64,000 nt of DNA from Azolla caroliniana (taxonomy: Eukaryota > Plantae > Polypodiophyta): the NCBI GenBank assembly GCA_043228905.1, contig JBHGNT010000005.1, positions 2,728,001 through 2,792,000 of the forward strand, in the 5' to 3' direction. Position numbers and translations under genes: made by a program. The notes beneath the pieces were generated by a model, which was not told where the DNA came from, ran no database searches, and was given only the letters and a program-made list of their open reading frames with translations. This document shows positions 50,664-64,000 of the stretch, piece by piece (the first letter of the stretch is position 1; each line of letters starts with the position of its first letter).

Positions 50664-50700
<37 letters not shown>

Positions 50701-51000
50701 TTCGTTTGTTTATATGCATGATGTATTCATCTACTACTATTATCAATGAATGTGTATGGGATGGATGGATGTACATAAATTGTATTATGGATGGATGGAT
50801 GTTATGTTATGAGATGGGATTGGGATGCGCTTCTCCTACATACATATATACATATGATATATACATACGTATAAATATATATATATATATATATATGACT
50901 CTCTCTCCTCTCTCTTGTTTAGTTATTGTTATCGTTTTTTGTTTTTTGGGGGGCGGGGCTTATTTAATGCAGTTATATACATACATATGTATAATGTATG
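49256..51000. repeat. Microsatellite field upstream of the RLK gene
   Basis: (AG)n, (TCT)n, (TACA)n, (ATGT)n, (GAA)n, (CATG)n, (CA)n, (AT)n and a ~20-nt C run. Confidence 0.95.
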
Positions 51001-54000
51001 TATATTTCTTTTCCTTTTCTATCCTCCCTTTCGTGATATAAATTCTACATAATAATTTAAAAGACTTCTTCCTTCTAAACCACAAGGTTTTTCATGTCTT
51101 TCTTCTTCCTTCCTTCTCTTCTTGTTTTCTACTTTTAATTTGATCGGCCGGCCTTTTAATCTCTCCATCATATATCAAATCCCTTGAGGTTTTTGGGGAT
51201 TTCTCCCCAATTTCGTTGCAACTCTTACCTCCCCCCCTAAACCACAAGCATTAGACAAATGTTGTCATCTTCTTCGCCCCGCGTACCATACATTACATAC
51301 ATGCTCCTAATGTCAAGGTTGGCCCAATGTCCGCACAAGGTTTCCATTGTCAAGGTTGGCCCGATGTCCGCACAAAGATAGAAATCTCGCGTGCCTTACC
51401 AACAGTCAAAGTTTTGCACTTCTTCCACCACATGATAATCATAGTCGCAAAATCACACAATCCAATGTGAAACTTTGTTTCTCCAACTTGCAAGACTTGT
51501 TGAGATATGACAAACACATATTTAATCTTCTTTATCCTTGGATATAGTGCAAAGTTGACCTTAGATAAATTTATTCTTGCTTGACTATCTTCTACCTTTA
51601 GTGCAAGGCAATCAAGGCAATCTAAGGAAACTCGAGGTTATGGGTACAGATTTTGATGAGGGGATTTCCACATCTTTCTCGTATAAATATTTCTATCTTC
51701 CTTGCGACTTCTATTCCATAAGGGTTCCTAGTGTATTGTGACTTTAGATGAATGGGATTTTGATTTTCTTTTGAGATCAAGTATTAACTTAAGCCATGGC
51801 TTTGCGAGCAACACTTGTTATATTCAATGACCTTACCAACCTCATAACCATTCATGCCCAAAGTTATGCAAATAATTTGAATGCTTAATTCCTTATTAAT
51901 TAATGCTTGCAGTTTGCAAAAAATATAGCTCCGCCACAAATTCATGTGTAAATAAATGGTAACTATTGATGGTGAGACATGAGTCCCTACTAAATCTTCT
52001 TTAATATGCATGTGCATGCACACACAACGCCAAAGGCTCTTAATATTGTTGTCCTTTTGTTCCATTTTGTCTTTTACAACCAATATGGAGCAACCCGATC
52101 TTATTAATGAAACTGTATTGTCCACCATGGCTACTCAAACACATCATAGATTTGTTGAGGTAGTGAAAGTGCAAGAAGTAGATCGAGCAAACAATACGTG
52201 TGAATTTAAAGTTCTAAAAGAAAATCAACGAGGTGTTGTGCTTTTTAATATTGATATTTGGGCTCATAACATGTATGTAGAAGAGATTATATAAGCTCCC
52301 TCTTCTTTTTAGTTTCCCAATATTCAACAAGGGAGTTATAACTCCACTAAAAGGATTCCAATGCTCAACCAAATTAGTTTAATACTAATCCATACACATG
52401 CATATCAGTGTGTATTGGTATGTATTCATGCAATGGGCGCTCGCACATTTTTCAATGAGCTCATTTAATCGTTCTTTCCAGTTCACTTCAATATATTTAG
52501 CCTTTCAATGTAATCTGCCCCTTTCAAAGGGAGGGATTTCTCCAACTCGAGATTAACATTGACTCCGTTACAACATATGGGTACCTTTTCTCGTAGCTAG
52601 AACAAAATTTTCAATCATACAAATATGATTGGTCTTTCTCATTTTTATAGAATATACATGACCTCATTTGCTCGTGTATTCATGGCGTCGTGCACTTTAT
52701 CAAAAGGCATTAGGTGCCAATGGCCATAATACAATGCTAAAAACAAACATTGTCCTTATATGCACATTGAGCAATAATCTTGATTTTGGAATCATGTCTA
52801 AAGTATTGTTATTATTCTCATTGCTATTTGGCGTTGAGATATTTATAAGACCCAATAAATGGCTCCTCATACAAGGATTCAATAAATTCATTGTCCACCA
52901 CCTAAGGGATTGAAAGTGATACAACAGGTATCCAACTATACGTGCTCTTCCTTTCTTGAGCTAATTTCTAAGGTCAACGTTGGGTCATAATTTATCTCTA
53001 ACCTCAGCCCAATAATATGAGCTTGACTCACAAAAAGGAAATAAGTTATTCATATTTGATAAGACAACAACAATTAATGTTGAGTCTAGATGGAAACCAT
53101 AAAAAGAATAATCACAAAAAGCATCGAACCTAGAGTGTGGATAATCAACATAGAAAGGTGTCATCGACCATATAAGAAAAGTTATATTACATTTTCATTT
53201 CCCCCTCCCATCACGGGAAAAACCATGAGCCCTATGCAAACATGGAATGGGAAGCATATATCATACTTTGCATCATCACAATATTAAGAGCTCTTGATAG
53301 GTAGTAGTGCTAAGATTTCACAAGTGGAATACATTATATGAGCAACATATATATATGGATCATAACATCATTTGGAATGAGGTATTCATTTGTCAACGTG
53401 ACCACTAACATTGAAGCAAGTATTGGTAACATCACTAATAGATTATAGTCAAATAATCCCATCATGAAAAAATGATAGGTTTGTATCATCAAATTTCTTA
53501 TATAATACATGTGAAGAATAAGGTCTTTGATGTTCTTAAGCCTAGCCATCAAGCTGAAAAGTTAAAAGGTATGCCTATTAGAGTTGTCAGATGTGGAGGA
53601 ATTATTACAACCATCGCGTGTTAAAGATGAAGACATAGTGAAGAGAAAGCAATAAATGATGGAAGACAAGTACATGGTAGAGGTAGAGAAAGAATGCACG
53701 AAATTGGTTGATTCAAGTTTTGAATATTTTTACTCCTTACTTTCACTCAAAAAATACTACATCGCTTGGTAGCACCATTTTTCAGTTTTATCTAAAAAAA
53801 ACAAGACATAGCCAACTAAAGCACAACATGGAAGCACTCACTTTATCGTTTACATCACAAGGACTAATACTCATACATGTGTAGATATTGTGTAGATACG
53901 AATTACACACTTCTTTGCCTATTCGCGAATACAAGTTGGACATTCTACAAACAAATAGATCAATAAACTATGGAGGATAAATCATTTGCTCACATGGGGG

Positions 54001-57000
54001 ATTTTTAACTATAATTGCTCACCAAACAATAATTCCTAATATTGGTGATTGGTTATTAGTCCATGAGCTTTTCTAGCATTGAGGCCTTCTACACAAACCT
54101 ATTGCATCAAATGTATAGATTTACACTCCAATTGTTGTCTTATCCCCTCATTATTTCACCTTAATATTTGGCTTTGCTTTAATTTCACTTTTCGCGACCA
54201 AGGATTGGCTCGCCTTTCCTTTGGCAATGCTAACAAATAACCTTAATATACATTCTTTATAATTCTGTCATGATAATTGTGGCCAAGGATATCTTGGCTC
54301 TTACAATGATGAAGAACCCAACGAAATGTGATACGTAATGTGACTCTCTACTCATATAATAATCCAATGAAGGTGGTGCATGGAATTGTACAACCTTCAA
54401 CACGAGGAGGTTCATTCTGCATAGAGGAACGGTACATGCACATTCGGTTATTAGTGGCCAACCTTACAGTTTGGTTAGTGTGGGTATCTAGGTGCAAGGA
54501 GTCTTTCACAAGTAAGCGAACCCCACCAGTTGAGAGTTTTAAAGATGATCTGGTTTAATCTTATCTCTACTTTACAAGGATAGTTTGAAATCCTTTAGTG
54601 GCCCTTAGATGAGAGTGAAGAAGCTAGAGGACATTTCCTTCTAAAATGGAGAGGTTCTCTGATGATATAGATGGTGGATGGCAATGCAAAGTAGATTTAT
54701 GGTTGTTCCCTCTCAGGTTACCAAACATATAGGTGGGTGTTTCCACATGAAGAGATTGGAGGATGTCTATGAGGCTCACGTTGAGGGTATCCGGTCGAGT
54801 AATTAAGTGCTCATCGGATGATGCCGTGATTATGAGTTTTTTGTAGATTCCTTGATACATGTTGGTTTCTTTGTGGCCATGCAAGTTGCCTTTGTAAGAT
54901 ATGAGTTGTATATTATCCTATCTACATTGACTTAATTAACAGAAGTATGACGCTATCAAGGGTAATTAAGATGTAGTCCTTCGAAAGAAAGAGGTTTTTA
55001 AGAAGACATGGGAAAGGATGAATGTATTTTACATGATTAATTGTTGTATACGTTGGTGGTATCAACCACCTCGTTGGGTATTTCCTCCATCGATATGAGA
55101 CATGGGGATATGTTAATCGTTATTGGTACTATCTTAGGAGTTATGTATGTCAATGGCAGTCTATGAGTAGTTGAAAAGAAAAAAATAATTGAGATTTTGT
55201 GCAATCTCATTCAAGACTTATTTTCTGGTTTGGTGATATCAAAAGAAATTATGGCATCATGGCTTATCTGGAATTTTTCCATTCGAGCAATAGGAAAAGG
55301 ACAAGAAGTGAAATTTGAAAACAGGGTTTGGAACATGATTTTATAATCACTAAAATGCTAAATGATATGTATGCAGAATCCCATTTCATGTTATGAGATG
55401 GATGGAGTCATTGAAATAGGTGGAGGGGGATGCTCTTATGTATGCATTCGGAAGAAGTCTGTTTCTTCTTATGCGATGGATGGCGTCATGAAGCACTGTT
55501 GATTGCATGCAACATGTGGAAGGTTGCCATATGCATATAAACTAGTCGAAGGGCTGAGATCCCTTAAGGTGGGTGTTGATCACATGGCTTTACATGACGG
55601 TATGTCCATACATGCTAGAATCATGGATCGAGGCATACAAAATGACCTCTATACCATAATGCTTTGATTGAGTTTTACATTGAATATAGAAAATAGAGGA
55701 TGCTTGGTCATTGTAAATGTGGGGGTATATTGGATGCATGTGATGGATGACCCAAATGTGGTATCTAGATATGTTGAATATGAACATGATGAGGAAGATT
55801 GATTTGGTTTGAACATATCCAAATTCATGGTATGTTTCAACTATTGAGGAAGTGTTCAATCAAGTCTATCAAAAGAAGGATTCATGGCTAGCTATTGTCT
55901 TACACAAGACGGGTTGGGGAAGGATAATCATCTCCTTTCCATCATTTTGTATTTTGTAGCTCATATGGTTTTTTAAACTAATGGAAGGATATGTTTTCTA
56001 TAATAATAATAAACTAACTGAAGTATTAATTTATTTTGAAATTTTTTTAAAAATAAATAAATAAATCCAATGGTAATTGCATAAAAAATTATTCTCTTTG
56101 CCGACTTTGAGTCTAAATAGTAAACCTACTCTATGAAATGTAATCTTGTATTTACCGCATACTAAAATAATCGAGTTGTTGGTAATGGAAAATACTATCA
56201 TGGAATATTAGAGTATTCATTTCGTATTTCCTTTTGTGGTTTGTTTACAATTCATAGAACTCAACATTTGGATAAGAGTTTCCATCACTATAAGCACTGA
56301 AGAAAATGTGAAGGGTGTTTGTAAGGTTAATCATGTTGAGTTCGAAGTATTTAAAATCAGATATTTAGAGATACACAATGGTTTGTAAAAAGATGAATGC
56401 ACATAGTGTCCACACTTCAATTGTAGGGACATCACCTCTTTCAAAGTGACATCATTGATGAAACATAAATGTTCGGGTGTTGCACAACTCCAACAAAAAC
56501 ATGATAGTTGAAAAACTAGATAATTGAGAAAACCGTTGGTATGGACCTATGGATATTGTAAGAGATGTGTAGCATAATGTGAATATTCAAGTTCCCTACT
56601 CAAAGGCAAAAGAAGTTGCAATCCATCAAGGACGATGCATAAAAAAGGCTTCTAAGTTATGCATAATGTGGAACTTGCTCCACATTCTAGATAAAAATGT
56701 TGATATTCGAAACTTGATTTCTTGCAACAACTTTATTGATGTCATGTTTCACTCTAATTCCATCGCCAATAACATTATGAAATGCCAATAGTACTAATCA
56801 CAATATTATTAGTCGTAATCAATACTAAATATGATACTAATGATTCTTAATATGATTAATCACAAATGTTAATTGCTACAATAAGTACTTATTATGATGT
56901 TAGGCACTAAAATTTATTGTAAACACAATGCAGAGTAGTTAGTTCTAATTAAATATAAATTCCCGATTAGTATGTGCCCCTCATAGTGAATGTACAATTT

Positions 57001-58409
57001 TATGAAGAAATGATTATATTACATAATAAAAAAGAGTTTTTGAATGAAAAATTTACCCCTATTTTGCCTTTCAGGGATAAATGTCTATTCCATGAAGATT
57101 CTCAGTTTCATTGGCCTTTACTTTGAAGTTCAAGATGTTTTCCTACTTTATAATGATGGTTCTTTTAGATTTATTAACAATTTTTCAATGTCTTTCTCTA
57201 CTTTTAGTACTAACGATGATGAGTTACCAACTTCTAAGTCATAATATTATTGGCATGCTTAAAGAAAGCACAACTTCAAAGTGATGGCAAATAGCTTTGA
57301 ATTTGTTTCATTAAAAAATTCCCATAAGGTTTCTGAAGTGCCTAACACTTTTATCATCCACAATCGTTATAATGTCAATGTTGTAGAACCAGAATTTAAG
57401 AGCCAATTGTTGTCATATTATGATAGACTTACTAAAATAAATGTCATACCAAACCCATTTTGAATACTACATTTTCATTAAGGTAATCGTGACTCTATGA
57501 TAAAAAAATTATAGGGACGAATAAAGTGTGTGTCTTAAATGATATGGAAGAGCAATGTTGGCTTAATGTGCTTTCGCATCTAAAGTTGTTTTCCTTGAAT
57601 CTAAGCATTTTATTTTGCTAATACAACTTAAATTCCAATTTTGAAATGATAAATGATCACACCTTTTGAGTAAACAAGAGATTTCTATTTTACGATGTGC
57701 ACCACTTATAATTCTTCCCTTCACATCATGAGTTTTCCTCTTCTTACCTTGAAATCAATGAGACTACAATAGTGTCCATATACATTAACTATTGTGTGTG
57801 GAGAACACATTGAAGAAGCTTTTATTGCTTGGTATCAGTAGAAGACCTTACATAATGAATGTGTACAAAGAGCATGTCGGGTAAAGGTTTTCGGTCTTCA
57901 TTAAGTAACTATAGCTACATCAGTAATTTTCAAAAAGCGATGAGGAACTTATAAGAAAACATTGTAAACTCACCCGAGACGTATATTCATTGTTTATGAT
58001 CACAAGCTTTCTAGGTTTTCTTGTATACTATGAGGATTTGAGCTTAGTCCATTTTACTTTTTATCGTAATCCCAACATTTATCGCAAACCAAGAGTAATA
58101 TTTGTATTCTATATTTCATGTTGAATAGTAAATCAACGGTCTCATTATCCTCACTAGTGACCACTTAGTAAAGTGCAATGTCGTGCTTTATCATGATGTG
58201 AATACACAATAATTAACAAGATACAAAATTACAATCCTATTCTTTGATGTATAGTGCATACAAACACGAGTATGTTGATATTTTAAGTTCCAAAGGCTCT
58301 CTAGACCCTTCAATTTGAGGCTCCAAAATTACTCATGGTAACATAAAATAGAGCAAGTCAAAGACATAAGATATACAATAGTTAGCCTTCACAAAACAAT
58401 GTAAATATG

Positions 58410-58824
58410 AGCTGCCTACAAGGGCAATTGGACGAGGTTTGCAGCCACTCCTCTGACGTGGATACTACCCGTTTGCGTTTTTGGCAGAAAGGGCAGAACA
58501 CGCCTATGGTGACACTAGGAGGAAGTGGCCCGAGGTGGAACTACCAGCCCCCACGTTGGCTGTTTCCAGCTCACTTACCACCCTCCCTCTGTTGTCGGCC
58601 CCAAGAGTTGTCTCGTACTAGTCATCAGTACAAGGCATTGTTTTAGTTGTTGGTACTTACACTAAGTAGTTCGTCCGAAAGGTGTTGTAACTAGTCTCAA
58701 TTTCTAGGACTTGAGCGGAGGGGGATTCCCCATTCTATGCTTAAGCCTCTTTGTACAGTCTCTTTGTAATAATCTTACCTAACTAATGGGAAAGTAGCTT
58801 CATTTTGGAAAAAATAAATAATAA
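58410..58824 (+). mobile_element. 5'-truncated L1 insertion (LINE-B family)
   Basis: 12-bp TSD AATGTAAATATG (58398-58409 and 58825-58836); A-rich tail; ORF2 end LGGSGPRWNYQPP; 3' UTR matches 31040-31330 inverted. Confidence 0.92.
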
Positions 58825-60778
58825 AATGTAAATATGTGAAATGCTAACTATTAAGCAAGACCATGGGCTCATTGAGAACATATCAAAATGACTATATCCA
58901 ACAAACAATTTTGTGCACAACAAGATGCAGTATTATATTATTAATTTTGCAATGTTCATCGAGCTAGGTATGTTTGCCACCAAACTGATGTCATGACAAG
59001 GGTCCTAAATGGAGCAATTGATAGATTATTAAAAGCAAATGAACTATAAGGAACTTGTTTACTTGCAATACCTGATATGACTCGACATAGAATGCAATGT
59101 GAACATCTACATACACATTAATATATATATAGGCTTTTAAAAGGTTAATCTTCATTCAAGGGTAATAAGAAGATTTCTTCTCCCTCTAAATGTAGAGAAT
59201 AGGGACCATTTAAAACCATTGGAGAAACTACTCCAAATAGAGAATTGGGGCATTAAAAGACCATAGGGACTTAAAGTCCAAGACAAACTACTTCATGCAA
59301 ATTATATGTGAATAAGGGTAAGATTTGAGCGTATCCAATTGACGAATATATGGAAAGTGCGTACCATCTCAAAACCACTGGATCCTAGCTAAAACACGTC
59401 TTGAACTCGACATTGCAATATTGTTGAAAACCTTGACTTTCCATGACTTCGAACCAAAGCAAAGCAAAATATATGTACCTTGTAAAAGAGAATAACTTAT
59501 GAAGCAAAATACTAAAAATTGTCTTTATTTTCTTGCTTCTACCCATATTATAGCTCTTGTCAATTAGAAAAACAAAATTGATCAAAAACATGAAGAAGTT
59601 GTACCATATGACATGAGAAAAAACAAAGGATGCATTATTGCCTTTTCCACCTCCAAAGTTGCTTCCTATTCTTTCATACATTCTCTTTCAATGAATATAG
59701 GCATCTAGTAGTTGTTCCCTCAACTAGTAGTACTTGTGCACACATGTCACATTTGCAACACATTCCCTGCATTAGTTTGTTCAACTCCATCGTCTAATGA
59801 GAAAAAAGTCCACACGTTATCATTACCTTGGAAAATCTGAATATGAGAGAGCACCTTAGAAATATGTATAAATATACAATAAATATATATCAATATTTAA
59901 GGTCAATGTCTTCTTTTCATCTTGATACCTGCTGAACTTATGATGTGGGGGTCTGTCACATGCATAAACAAGATGGTGCTAAATATGGAGTAACAGATTT
60001 AACAAAATGCTATACTTCTGCAGACAATTTTGATGGAGCTATAATTATGTCACAGGAAAGTAAATCAGCTAAAGATTTCTCTCTGATCTTAACTCTTTCA
60101 AACAAAGTTTAAAAGACACTAGCATATATAATGCTAGACACACCATCTAAATGCTTTAGCTTTTTACGTTAAACATACCAAAGTTCTTTTGAGATTAACA
60201 TACTCAAGAGACAAAGAACTCTAGTCAGGGCATATTACAAGCCTCATCACATAATTAGACAGTTCTTTCTAGAGTATTAAGAGGACTAGCACATTATTTG
60301 ACTGATTAATTTATTATTTTTCCTTTTATTGAAGTCAACAATAGCAATATTTCAGATAAAATAAGCAATATTTCAGATATTGAGCACCACAAGCATTCCT
60401 CAATGGATTGAGTGGAAGGGCTCAGAAGACCTAGCGTCAATGGGATCCAAACATGGCAAAAGTTTCTTTCAATACTTCAGGCTTGGGCACAAACATGGTG
60501 AGTGAAATCCAAGTACAAAGGGTGGGGAAGGGCATACCCAAAAATAATCATCAAATATATAAGATTCTTGTAAAAAATAAAGATACTTTCAATAACATTT
60601 AAAATAAGGCTATGATATAAAGTCACGTAATAACCTCACGAGTCACAATGCATGTCGGCTACTAAACAGGCATCCTCCCTTCAGGGGTAACCAAACTAAT
60701 CTTCAATATGAACAATGTTTGTGACATTATATATGGATTATAGATGCCAGATGCATACTTGCAACACACAAGTAAATG

Positions 60779-61314
60779 CTTGACTACATTCAAACGTTGA
60801 TTTAATACCCCATTTTTACATCAAACAGTAGCATGTTTTTTTCTCCTAGTAATCAAGCACTATTTATTACCATTCAACCACATGAATTATCCTCGATCTG
60901 TGCTTTTTTACCATTAGATTATATTAATTGACAAAAGATCAATGAGTGTTAAACAGAAGAAATCAGAAAAACCCAATGAACTCTTCACTCTTGACCCTGA
61001 AACATGCAGCCCAAAGAGAAATACGAGATTTTGCCTTCCACGTACCACTTGACTACATTTAAAAGTTGATTTAAATGCCTATTTACATCAAACAGTGGCA
61101 TGATTTTCTCTCCTAGTAATCAAGCACAATTTTTTACCATTAAACAGCATCAGTTATCCTCGATCTGTGCTTCTTTAACATTAGATTACATAGATCAACA
61201 AAAGGCCACGAGTGTTAAAACAGAAGAAATCAGAAAAAGTCACTGGACTCTTTACTCTTGACCCTGAAACATGCAGCCCAAAGAGAGATACGAGATTTTG
61301 CCTTCCGCGTACCA
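60779..61314. repeat. Tandem duplication, 2 x ~268 bp
   Basis: CTTGACTACATT...ACTCTTGACCCTGAAACATGCAGCCCAAAGAGA.ATACGAGATTTTGCCTTCC.CGTACCA twice. Confidence 0.93.
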
Positions 61315-61969
61315 TATGATATGTGCAAACTCTGAGTTTAACCATATCTGAAAGGCCAATGTGAACTAGGTCGAAGAATCTGCTACCTGAATCTCAGTCG
61401 TTGACCATAGCAAAACTCAAGGAACTCTTCCAAATTTGACATCTCAAATCTATACCCTTCATTAAATTTAGCTCGTGTCCATGATAAAAACCAATAGTCA
61501 AGATTTCTCTGATTTGTTTTTTGTGTCAAATTCTACATCCCACCTTTGGTTTTCTCCACTGTAAAATCTACGTGCTCTTGGCTTGGACATTGAGCTCCAG
61601 TTTGCATTGCAAAAATATTGACATTGATAAAGACAAACTGAACATATATCCCAACCATTCTATGTCTTCCGCTACCAACAAAGAGACGGGACCAATCTAA
61701 ATATACAGTATGCATGTCGACTCAAACTTTGCATCCCCGTCAATCCTTGTAGTGCATGTGTAGGCTGCCTTTTCAATGAAGATCGAAATGGAACTATCCA
61801 ATGAATGAGGTATGAATACAGCCTGTCAAATAAAAACTGTAAATATGGGCAACCAACCACATGTAGAACATTGCACATACTGGCCACTTGACTGATTAAA
61901 CATCCAAACTATAACTGTTGTCACATTGCCAATAGAGAACCAGATGGAACAATCAAACTTACAAAAGGT

Positions 61970-62059
61970 CTGAAAATATGCTGTAGACACTGTAAACAAC
62001 TGAAAACATGCTGTAGACACTGTAAACAACTGAAAACATGCTGTATACACTGTAAACAA
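61970..62059. repeat. 3 x 30-bp tandem repeat just downstream of the RZ-1 stop
   Basis: CTGAAAACATGCTGTAGACACTGTAAACAA x3. Confidence 0.95.
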
Positions 62060-62120
62060 CTGGGGAAAACCTGTCTTTCAATCATTAACATTTCATAGCT
62101 CGTTCTTAAACAATGACATT

Positions 62121-62777
62121 CTAATAACGGTCATCATAAGCAGAAGAACGGCCGCCACCACTTGGACGATCATATGGCCCCGTGCGCTCTCGATACTTTC
62201 CTTCATATCGAGCAGCGCCTCCACTACCATAACGATCACTGCCTCGACCTGAATCCCTATCACCATAGCGACCATAGTTACTTTCATACCTATCATAGCC
62301 TCGATCTCCATCACGGTCACGTTCACGTTCACTGTATCGGCCCCCACCATATCCAGATCCACCACCATACCGATCTCTACCACCACCACCACCACCACCA
62401 TATCGATCTCTACCACCACCACTACTATACCGATCACTCCGAGAGGAAAGTCTTCCTTCTCCACTTGGGCATTCTCGGGCCCAATGACCTGGTTGTCCAC
62501 ATTTAAAACAATCATCTCGACCAGCTCCTCCGCCTCCACCACGACCACCATATCCTCCGCTCTTTGCTCCACCACCATTGTCGTAACCACTCTTGTAACT
62601 GGAGTTCTTGTCACCGCCACCATTATAAACTTTTGGTTGTGCTTTTGTAACTGACACTACCCGACCGTCCAGCTCCCGGTCATGCAGCCGAGCAATGGCC
62701 TCATCCATACCCCGTTTGTCAGCAAATGTCACAAAGCCAAACCCACGTGGCCGTCCAGTATCTCTATCGAGCATTAT
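62121..62777 (-). CDS. RZ1: Glycine-rich RNA-binding protein with zinc knuckle (RZ-1 family), last coding exon; total 255 aa
   Basis: Acceptor TTGCTAG at 62778; RNP1 RGFGFVTF; [14 protein letters not shown]; G/R/D/Y-rich tail ending [13 protein letters not shown]. Confidence 0.95.
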   Translation of the reverse strand: MMLDRDTGRPRGFGFVTFADKRGMDEAIARLHDRELDGRVVSVTKAQPKVYNGGGDKNSSYKSGYDNGGGAKSGGYGGRGGGGGAGRDDCFKCGQPGHWARECPSGEGRLSSRSDRYSSGGGRDRYGGGGGGGRDRYGGGSGYGGGRYSERERDRDGDRGYDRYESNYGRYGDRDSGRGSDRYGSGGAARYEGKYRERTGPYDRPSGGGRSSAYDDRY

Positions 62778-63477
62778 CTAGCAACAAGAACACCCAAAAA
62801 AAGGTATAAGCCAGACATCACAAATTTCACCATACACAGATTTTTATAAGGTGTAGTGTCAGAAAGCACAAATTTGAGCTTATTCAAATGCAAATTTTAA
62901 CATTTTCATATGGAATGTTCACTTCTACATATCATTTATGCATGAGTATACTTCATATGCAATTCTTCATATACAAATATGCATTTATCAATGTAAAGTT
63001 GGCGTGAACAGATGAGATAGTAACAGATAAGGCAACTCCATATGGAGTGCATCTAACAAAAACTGAAATCGAACTGAAAAAACGTAGATGGTACTGGATC
63101 AGACGAGTTCATTGTCAGGTTACTTATTGAAATGTAATTTACCTCACATTGTTCATTTATCCATATGCAGAAAATTTCATTTGGAAATGTTAATCTCTTC
63201 CGATGCAAATATATATATTTCCTCATAATTCTTCAATTTAAATATCTATTTCTTCGCATGAGAATGCACAGTTCTTTAATTTATAGAATATCTGTTCATC
63301 TGTATTTATGCCGTATTTCATATTCGAATTTGTCTTTTGTACAGGAAACCGTTTTGATAATAATTGTTTTAACAAGGGATAGTACACGTTTGGGTCATTA
63401 CTTCAGAATATACGAGAATGACTCGGTGAGAAGTAGCTACAGCAAAAGACTATACAGATATTTCTAAAAAAAATTAC

Positions 63478-63588
63478 CTTTGCATCAAGAACTTTACCGA
63501 ATCGTCTAAATTCATCTTCGAGTTCTCTGTCGTTTATTTCCCACGAGAGACCTCCAACGAATACACGAAATTGTTCATAATCTGACAT
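63478..63588 (-). CDS. RZ1: RZ-1 family protein, first coding exon
   Basis: MSDYEQFRVFVGGLSW..FGKVLDAK (RNP2); phase-0 donor AAG/GTAAT at 63477; 700-bp intron. Confidence 0.95.
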
Positions 63589-63598
63589 GATTTTCTTG

Positions 63599-63842
63599 CT
63601 GAAATGAAGCAAAAGGTAAGAACAGGAGAACAGATAATAACTGAAAACGCGGTCTATCTCCCTTCCTCAAATAAGTGAACTTATGTACATTTCGTTCTTT
63701 CTCTATCAGAAATAACCACCAGAAATCTCTGATATCAAAGCTACTACACGTTTACTTATTTCTTTCTGTCAATCTTTTCTTTATCTCTGATCTAATGCAT
63801 GAGATGGGAGGAGAGAGATGGATGAGGAGCAGGAGAACATAC
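63599..63842 (-). other. Probable 5' UTR intron of the RZ-1 gene
   Basis: Donor TG/GTATGT at 63842; pyrimidine tract and TTTCAG acceptor 10 nt before the ATG. Confidence 0.65.
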
Positions 63843-63919
63843 CACGAGTCGGTTGAAGGGGCAGTGCAAGTCTCTGGATTTATCGTCTCCTATCTGTTGC
63901 TGGTGAGACAGTCGAAAGA

Positions 63920-63994
63920 TTAGGGTTTCCAACGTCTTGCGAGTTCAAGAAAGAAGAGCAAAATAATCACTTAGTTTCTGCACTTGGGTGGGCT
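63920..63994 (-). promoter_or_regulatory. Telo-box (AAACCCTAA, 63928-63920) and site II (TGGGCT, 63989-63994)
   Basis: Motif pair typical of promoters of plant RNA-processing and translation genes, upstream of the leader exon. Confidence 0.55.
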
Positions 63995-64000
63995 TTTCTT

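Noticed and set aside
49116-51041. ORFs rich in ER, YVCM and HT repeats (also 41063-41316)
   Set aside because: Translations of microsatellites.
51500-58300. Scattered short ORFs and weak RT-like words (for example NAF-DKVH near 52700)
   Set aside because: Too degenerate; probably old transposon debris, with no boundaries or domains I can support.

Overview
Eukaryotic, AT-rich, transposon-dominated plant DNA, probably a fern or other seed-free plant. This is inferred from tRNA-Trp-primed Gypsy elements with 4-bp TSDs, a fern-like PLS-PPR fragment and microsatellite-rich genes. There are two intact host genes, both on the minus strand: a two-exon LRR-III-type receptor-like kinase (49184-46327) and an RZ-1-type glycine-rich RRM/zinc-knuckle RNA-binding protein (63588-62121). 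The rest is mostly nested transposons. (1) A decayed Copia element (3841-10474, TSD GGTGG) carries two Gypsy solo LTRs. (2) A cluster of hAT-type non-autonomous elements lies at 11.9-17 kb, one of them with coding-like cargo. (3) A young full-length Gypsy element (20871-27883) sits inside an L1 LINE. (4) A three-level nest, LINE(+) > LINE(-) > Gypsy(+), spans 30016-37330. The strongest unusual signals are three. All four insertions of the Trp-primed Gypsy family hit N-CG-N tetramers inside other retrotransposons. The full-length copy has a G-GAU-UUU slippery site plus a predicted pseudoknot between protease and RT. One LINE carries a PPR gene fragment in its 3' UTR. All coordinates, alignments and folds were read by eye.
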